Assembly (NCBI RefSeq): GCF_037042905.1
Contig: NC_087251.1
Location: 20,832,001 to 20,896,000, forward strand
DNA: 64,000 nucleotides
Direction of reading: 5' to 3'
DNA from: Lytechinus pictus
Taxonomy: Eukaryota
Of this stretch, positions 53,801-62,800 are shown piece by piece; the stretch's first letter is position 1, and every line of letters begins with the position of its first letter. The position numbers and the translations under genes were made by a program. Under the pieces are notes generated by a model. That model ran no database searches, was not told the origin of the DNA, and saw only the letters and a program-made list of their open reading frames with translations.

Positions 53801-56800
53801 ATTACTTATTTCTGATACTTCTTTTTATTATAATATTTAGGAAGGAAAAATTTATTTCAGGACATACATGTATTATTCCTTCATATTTTGATTAGAACTG
53901 TTAGTTGTAATCATTTAGAATCACAAGAATTCAACTGTACATAAACATTGTATTTGAAACTGATTGTCAATATATTTATATTACACACATTTGCAAAACT
54001 GCAACAGCCTGCTTTGATAAAAAGGGAGAAAAGTTTGAGCTGTTAACATGTTGCTGATTGACCTGAAATTAATGCAAATGCAAAATACATAATTGCTTTG
54101 CTAATTTGTTAATTACTTATTGTAAGATCTTTGTTATCTCTAGAGCACTTATTTATTCTAATAGATTTGATAGTAATACAAATCTGATTTGTGATTACTA
54201 CTTTTGTAGATATTGATCAGTTTAATAAAATAGAATTGCATTTTGCTGTGTATTGAATGTATTAATTCTGCTTTGTTGTGTTTCAGGAGAGAGCTTGTAT
54301 TCACCTGTATGTATATCATAGACTATGTGATGTTGGTCACACAAACTTTTGTAGATGTGGTAAGTGTTTACTCTTCCTAAATCTCAGAGAAGTCTTCATA
54401 AGTTAACATTATCACCATTTTTCATATTGTCTGAAATCCTAATTGTTGGCTTGGTTGAAGTATGCACGCACCTTAATGTGTAAGATCTTTCAAATCACTT
54501 CAAAATAGTTGTATATAATACTTTTACAGTAATCAGAGGAAGAGTTAACCTTTTAAATGAATACAAATTTAACTTTTATTTTTTTAAATCAAATAACTAC
54601 CTTGGTTTGTTACAGAAAATCTTGCCTTGCAGTTTTGGAGAATGATTTTCTTTTGCATTACAGTATATTAAAAATGATATGAAAATACAGAAATTGTTCA
54701 ATTATGAATTATGATAAAAATGGCCTTTTCTCTTTTTTTTAAGCGTTTGGCTCAACCATTTCGATGTCTGCGGGCAGCCATCATTCTGTGCAAGCTGAAC
54801 AACGTACAACACATCTGGGATGTTGTTATGTCAATTGTTATTAAACTGGGAAAGGTACTTAAATGTGTTTTTTCTTTAAAGACCTTAAAAAGTTTATCTT
54901 AAGCATATGTTGTAATATTGTGATATCTATAAATATATATGTATATATATATATATATATTGCTACATTCGTATCCATTATGGATGAGGGATGGGCTACG
55001 AACATGTGAATAGATGTGCTACTATAGTATGACTCATGAGGATGTTTCTGAAAGCATTTTGCTAGTGATTTCCACAGGTAAATTTTCTTTTATTCAATCA
55101 GATGGCATTACATATTTCAGTGAATTTCATTGACAAGATGTTCCTTGAAATACATTTGCAATTTCTTTGAGTTCCAAGTGTAGTTAATGGTGGCAGCAGT
55201 GGGATTCGAGTCCCAGGTGTGTTTAATGGCGGCAGCGTTGGGATTCAAGTTCCAGGTGTATTTAATGGTGGCAGTGATACGATTCGAGTCCCAGGTTTAT
55301 TCAATGGTGGCAGTGATGGGATTCGAGTCCCAGGTGTATTTAATGGTGGCAGCGGTGGGATTCAAGTTCCAGGTGTATTTAATGGTGGCAGTGATACGAT
55401 TCGAGTCCCAGGTGTATTTAATGGTGGCAGCAGTGGGATTTGAGTCCCAGATGTATTTAATGGTGGCTGCGGTGGGATTAGAGTCCCAGGTGTATTTAAT
55501 GGTGGCAGCGGTAGGATTTGAGTGCCAGGTGTATTTTAATGATGTCAGTGGTGGGATTGGAGTCCCAGGTGTATTTCATGGTGGCAGCGATGGGATTTGA
55601 GTCCCGAATGTATTTAATGGTGGCAGCGGTGGGATTCAAGTCCCAGGTGTATTTCATGCTGACAGCGGTAGGATTTGAGTGCTAGGTTTAGTTAATGGTG
55701 GCAGCGGTGGGATTCGAGTCCCAGGTGTATTTAATGGTGTCAGCGGTGGGATTTGAGACCTAGGTATAGTTAATTGTGTCAGCAGTGGGATTCTAGTACC
55801 AGGTGTGTTTAATGGTTGCAGCGGTGGGATTCGAGTTACAGGTGTATATGGTGTCGGCTGTGGGATTCAGGTCACAGGTGTATTTAATGGTGGCAGCGAT
55901 GCGATTCGAGTTCCAGGTGTATTTAATGGTGGCAGTGGTGGGATTTGAGTCCCAGATGTCTTTCATGGTGGCAGCGGTGGGATTAAAATCCCAGGCGTAT
56001 TTAATGGTGCCAGCAGAGTGATTCAAGTTCCTTGTATATTAAATGGTGGCAGCGGTGAGATTCGAGTCTCAGGTGTATTCAATGGTGGCAGTGTTTTCTA
56101 GAGTGTATATTTTCAGTTTTTAATTGAGTATCAGGCTTATTAGCCAGAAATCTTTTGATGTAGGTGTACAGTACGTAACACTCGGCTGCTTGGACCTTCC
56201 CCAATTATTATCAACAATACTGTTGACATGACTTATTCCTTTTCAAACACGTACATTGGTTGCCTGGTAACTTGTGATTCTTTTAAACCCAAGGCCACTT
56301 CTACATCAAATTGATATGGTTAAAATGAGAAATATTAAGCAAATGTAAATTGGAATTTTATCAGAGCTACATGTATGAATCCAGTACGAAGTGAATTTAC
56401 ATAAAATGGTCAGTATGCAAATGAGAGACACCATGATATTGTATGTATTCTTTTGTATGAAATTACAAACATCAGCTTTTGTCAATTTTATGAAGATGAA
56501 ACTCAATCAAATTTGATTTACATTGATGATAATTTTATGCATCCTTGAGAAGTCTAACTGTGTTTGGAGGAAATATTGAAATGTTTGAAAAGTCACAAAT
56601 TAAATGTAAGGGGAATAATAAGTGTGTAACATCATCAACTCCACCATTTACTTCAGCTGCTAGCTTTAGAGGGGAGGGGGACAAAGTTGATGGAAACTCT
56701 TGTATTCATCAATGATCATTATTATATGTTACTGTATATATTTTATGTAAGTCTCTAGAGGCTCCTGCATAGCAAATACAGTCCAGTTCCTGGTCTGGTC

Positions 56801-59800
56801 AAACAATTTATAACTGGATTTAATTGATTTCTGTATTCCAAAGAGATCTCGCACTCTAAACATTCACTATGACTGGTTTAACCAAATGATTCAGAACAGT
56901 TCTCTCTGCCAGTGAGTTAATATGGCTTCGGATGCTGTTGCTTCAATTGACATTGTACTACACCCCTATATTAAATCTAATGATATTGTATTTTTTATTT
57001 CTATTAGGTATTTGTCATCATTATTGTATTCATCATCTTGTTCTCTGCTATTGGAGTACATCTATACACAGACACATATCACAACATAGAACAAGAATCT
57101 TCAAACTGTACAGGCAACTCAACAAATGTATATGTTGGGTAAGTTTTTGTTCAAAGTTTTAGCCACAGTGATGGAGAAAATATCATTATTACTTTTTCAG
57201 ATTATGAATATTAGTTTTATGTTACCTAACAGAAATAATGTTAAGAATCAATGTTTTGTTTGTTTGCAGTTGTAGTGAAGTGATGTGCCTTGTTTAAAAT
57301 AAATGATAAAAATGATGATAATATACATGTACTGTACTTATCTAGATCATTTCAAAATCTGTCTCTTTGCACTAGAGATGGAATCAAGTGAAATGTGCCT
57401 GAACGCACTTCCTTTTCTCAACATTGGAAACAGATTTTTAAGTAATTCCTTTCATCAATGTACTCAGAGAGAGAGAGTAAAATGAGAACAGGGCACTCCT
57501 GATATTGGATTCATGTCCATTTTATTAGGAATCTTGTCCAAGCTGCACATGTGTTTGTCCATGTGATGGAGCTTCTCCATTAAAAGTTTATTCATGTAGT
57601 ATATTTTTATTTATTTGATTTATTTAATATTCTTATTTTTGTTGTTGTTGTTTGGGGAAGGGGGATCTACATGTAGCTCTTTACAGTCTCCCAAGGTAGT
57701 GTATTGGACATTGTGAGAAGATTGAATACTGTTTAAGTTTAAAGATTACATTGTGATTTGTGTTTCCATTTTTATGCAGAGCCTTTGATCATGTTGGTAT
57801 TACATCTCTGAGGTTATTTGTGCTACTATCTACAGAGAACTATCCAGTAAGTTTTACACCTCATTTTTTTATATAATTACTATTATGTTAACCGATATAT
57901 CAATAATGATATGATAGACTTAAAATGACAGATTCCTAGGTGTATGGTGTTACACTTCGTCTTTTGAACTATAAACTACACCCAGGTAAGTAATGTGCAG
58001 TGATGTAGAAAAGACTTGCAAATGGTAGTGATGGTAGTGATTTTTTTTACCTGACTGCTAAGAAAAGCATGAATGCTTGTAAGCAAGCAACCAGAGGACC
58101 AACAGCTTAAGGTCTTCTCTGAGGGACCTGGTAATGAGGATTAATGCCTTACCAAAGGGCACTAGCACACCAAGTGGGAATCGAACCTGGGTCAACAGAA
58201 TCCAAAACCCCTGTTCTACCGACTGAGCTATAGTGCCTCCCTAAATCAAAGCCGTATGTTTGCAAAAAACTTTCAAAGTGTTTGTATCAGAGATAGATTT
58301 TAATTAGCATAATTTAAGAAGCTTGGGTCCAGATATATTTTTATCAAACTTTCACTGAATGAACATCATGACCACCAATCAACTTTCACTTTTAAACTCA
58401 ACACTAAAAATGCAATATTCTTGTTTTAATTTCTGTGTAGGATCTAATGATTCCAGCATATGCAACAAGCCATTGGAACTTCCTCTACTTCGGAATCTTC
58501 CTTTTTGTTGGTGTTTTCTTTCTCACTGCCATCATGCTAGCTATCATTGTGGATAGCTACTGGTATGTTAAATATGTCTCCACTATCAAACATGACACCC
58601 ACCACCATCATCCTATGAACTATTAAGTAAAAAAAAAAAAAGGATTGTAGACTGAAGAGAGAGATTTCTTACTTCAAGAGGATTTATTTTAACTTGGCAT
58701 TCGTATGAAAGACACTTGTAGTAATAACAATGGGAACTTAGAATTTCAGACATTGTAATTTCTGAATATGGAAGAAATCGGCCTCAAAGAGTGCAACCTT
58801 AATCAACCAGTCAAGTATACTAAAAGTATATCCTTTTTCCTTGCTAGTCAAGGCTTCATCAAAATACAATGCAGGCATTTAAAAGACTTACTGTTCTTGT
58901 ACAAAATTCCTTTGATTATGTTGATATTGACAAGCTATTATTGCCATTTTCTTTTAGTTCTAGTGAAGTCCAAGAAATCCTCGGTGATTATACCTGAAAA
59001 TGCTACCTGGTTCCTTGCCATAATAGAATTCAATGAAAATACAAATTCAATCCTTTCAAAACCTGCATATTCTCAATTATGATATATATTGAACATACCA
59101 AAGAGTTTTTTCCACCCCATCTACCTTACTATATGGTCTTTACATTCTCCATTGCAGGTCATTCGCCAAGAAGCATGTGAAGAAAGAGAGAGCAAGAGAG
59201 AGGGCAGAATTAGCTAAAGCTTGGAATCTTTTGGATCCTCTTGGTCAAGGGAGTCTCCCAAAGGATGATGGGAGATTCTTGAAACTCCTCAGAATTCTCA
59301 AACCACATGTGAGTCTTCATTTTAGTTTTTTATTTGTTTTTATGGGAGAATACCAAAACATGTTCATCATGCTTAGAGCCTATGTCAAACTACTGCTATA
59401 TCTAGGTCCTGCCTTCTATATATTGTCAATATTATAAGTTTTAGTGCATGTAAGAGATGGTTAACATTGCAGTATTTTAGGAAAATATGATTATCTGGTT
59501 GATATATATCCAACACATTAATACATAGATAGAGTTGGGTAATTTGGGATTGGGAATATTTGTGAAAAATGGCTTCAAAGTTGGTAAATTGGAGTGTGGT
59601 AATTATTATGTGAAGAACAGGTGGTGATACGTTCATAAAACACTATTTTTGACAATTATAACTTACCCCTAAAAAAATAATTTTCTAGTGATATACACTT
59701 TTCTATTATATCCACAGCACACAGAAGAGATGAATCTCCAGCTGATTGACTACTTAGATCATAATGATGATGGTCAGATAGACTCATTACAGTGGACTAT

Positions 59801-62800
59801 AAGACTCAATGAAGCTCTCTCATTTGAATTTGAAGAAGATAAATTTTATGATATGGTAAGAATTCTCATTTTACATCACTCTATGCCCAATATAGATTTT
59901 TAGATTAAATTATTTGTAGCTTCTAATTTATACAGTAATCTGTGAACTGATATGTATATTAAAGGTGTAGGGCTAGCATTGCAAAGAATGCTTTAATTTG
60001 TTATGAGTATTTCATAAAAGCTACTGTTAATGGCGTTATTTTTGCACATAGATTTTTTTAAATTAGAAACTGTTTCCACTCACTATAGTATGCTTAGTTT
60101 TTTAGTCATTATTTTATTATGTTTTATAACATAATTATAATCATTTATGTAGTAAATATATCTTTATTTCTAGAACTTTTTGTTTCTCCTTAAAGTATTA
60201 TTGTGTTTTAAGGAAAAATTCAGTTTATTCCTTAAATGTATCTTGTAATAATTATAACAATTAGTTGATCTACACCACTCAAGCCATCCGTAATTAAGTA
60301 GATCCCTCCACTTTCTCAAATTTTCTTAAAATTCAAGTGAATATATGTACCCCTGTTCCTATTCAAGCAGTGCTTGTAAACATTGTGAATACATGTACAC
60401 CGATATTTGTGTAATGTTGACTTTGAGTAATTAGATATCCAGTAATCATGAATATACTGTCTTGACTCAAGAACAATTCATATTGCATATAAATGTGTCT
60501 TGTCAATTTCTGTTTTACAGGATACCAATAGTTCTAAATATGTGTATGCCATCCAGTCATTCAGCCAAAAGATTGTCAGATCAAGCATTTATTCAAAGAT
60601 AGTGCTTGTTCTCATCCTTCTCCACAGGTAAATCAAATATATTTTGCAGTTATTATATTTTCTTACAATATATTTGATGAAGCCACTTTTTTTCTGAAAG
60701 TTGAATTTTATGCCACTGACTTTAATCAATTCCTCACGTTAAAAGATGTACATTTTCAATTATATTGGTTTAGATCTTTTCATGTTTTTTTTAAATTTAT
60801 TGTTTATTTGAAATATGATGATTTAACTGTAATATGTTTACAAAATTTGTATTTGTGTTTTAGGGCTTTAGGGGAATAATTGATGGGGCAACTCTTACTA
60901 AAAGAACACATACAGATAAAAAAAAACCTGATAAACAATAATAAAAAATAATAATATTTTTGTCTTTACAGTATCCTCTTCTGTTTGAAGTGGCATGACA
61001 TGGATGAAATGGCTCGAATGACCATCCAGATCCTTAAGACTACCATTTTATCCATCTTTGCAGTAAGTCTTTCTTTCTTTCATGAGCTTTACCCATATTT
61101 TCAAAGGTGTACCACCAGTTGCTTTTAGATATAAGTTCAGAATGCAAATTACAGAGATGCTTGCTTTTCAGCTTCCATTACATTTGCTCCGGCGACAATT
61201 GCTCTGCTGCACACATTAATGGAATGACCAACTTCAACCTTGGATTTAACACTATACCCTATCCTAAATTTTACCCTAAACCTAACTTAAACCCCTATTT
61301 TAACCCTAACCGCATATCTTAGACAGAATAAAGCCCAGGGGTGGTATTCTGAGATCCATTTTATCTCAGATAAAATAAAATATTTTATCTCCGTTAAAAT
61401 CAGTGAGATAAAATACCCTTAAAATCTCTCCAAATTGGTATTCTGAGAACAATTTTATCTTCATTTTATCTCTGTAAGACACACCTATTGTTTAATCAAT
61501 ATCCAATTAGAAACGCGCTTTTATAGCTCTCTCATATCACTCAACCAATGGAAATCCATTCCACTAGGAGGTGTGGTGAAGGAGTGAGATTGCGTCAATT
61601 TATTGACTTCAATACGCTTGCACTATACGCTTGCGCGTCTTTACAGAGATTTCTTTTTAACAAAAATGGCAATACTCTCATCTTTTTTTCGAAGTCTATA
61701 TCATATCTTTTCAAGCATCATTTCAAAGACAATATTAGTCAAGAAAAGTCTTATGAAATGCTTCCTGATTGTACAGGAATAACTTTAAGGTGGTGTTCTC
61801 AATGAATATATAATTTTTCTTAATTTTCATGCCAAAATTTGGAGTTGATTCACCTAGAAATATTGACGAAATCAACGTCGCGGAGATAAGATAGCCCCTA
61901 CCCTCTTTTAAGTTTATTTTATTTTTTCTTCAAAGTAACTTGGGCGCAAGCACATCACCCGCGTTGCAATGGCCAGATACGCGATGGCTATGTCTACGCA
62001 GCCACTGCTCTGTTGCGTATCATCATAGATACGCAAAATAAAATTTGTACGCAAGATAAAATTTTTAATTTAATCTGTAAGATAAAATGTCATCTCAGAA
62101 TACCAATTTCATTTTAAGAGATAAAATAAAATATTTTAAAGATAAAATGACCTCAGAATACCGCCCCAGAGCAATTGTCGCTGGAGCAAATGTTGTGTCA
62201 CCACTTTCCACAATAGAGATTTATTTGAATGATTTTTAATTCTTGATAAGGTGATGAGTATCTATGTTGTTGTCAACATCTCTATTATTTTCATGCAGCC
62301 TCAATAATTAAGCAGTACAAATACAGGATTTTCTCTCATCTATTTTAACAAGCTTTCACTTTTAATGTATCAATCAAGGACTAAAATCTCTGAGGATTGG
62401 AAAAAAATATTTGAAAATTGCCCATTTGTATTTTTGAATATTGATTAAATTTTGTTGAGAAAATTTACTACACAACACATAATTCAGATGTAATAAAAAT
62501 TTGCAATACAATTTTTTTATCGTTCTGATCATGTTTCACATGTAATTGAAAGCATGCAATAACTGAGACACTGCTTAAAAATTATTTTGAAAGAGACCTT
62601 TAAATAGAAAAATACAGTCGACCTTGGAAAATTGGCTCTAAGGAAATAAAGACAATTTAATGTGTACTTTGTGGTTTTGATTAACAGGTGGAAGTCTTGC
62701 TTCGCATCATGTCAGAAGGAAAGAACCTGATGCAGGTTGTAGAGATCTTGGATATTATCTTGATTGTAATAGGTTTAGCATCCAACATACCTATCTACTT

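Noticed and set aside
55187-56026. Repetitive ORFs in several frames (MVAAVGFESQVYL)n / (GGSGGIRVPGVFN)n
   Set aside because: By-product of the 39-bp (13-codon) minisatellite. The frames are broken by stops and indels, and the channel exons 6 and 7 splice in phase without them.
55168-56092. CRISPR-like array
   Set aside because: No unique spacers (the whole unit repeats), eukaryotic context, and no cas genes.
55168-56092. tRNA gene cluster on the - strand
   Set aside because: Only the T-arm and 3' acceptor half is present; there is no 5' half, D arm or anticodon arm.
58165-58241. tRNA gene (also considered at 1755, 35330-35406 and 44100)
   Set aside because: A/B boxes are present but acceptor and anticodon stems do not pair, and each continues into a SINE body and tail.
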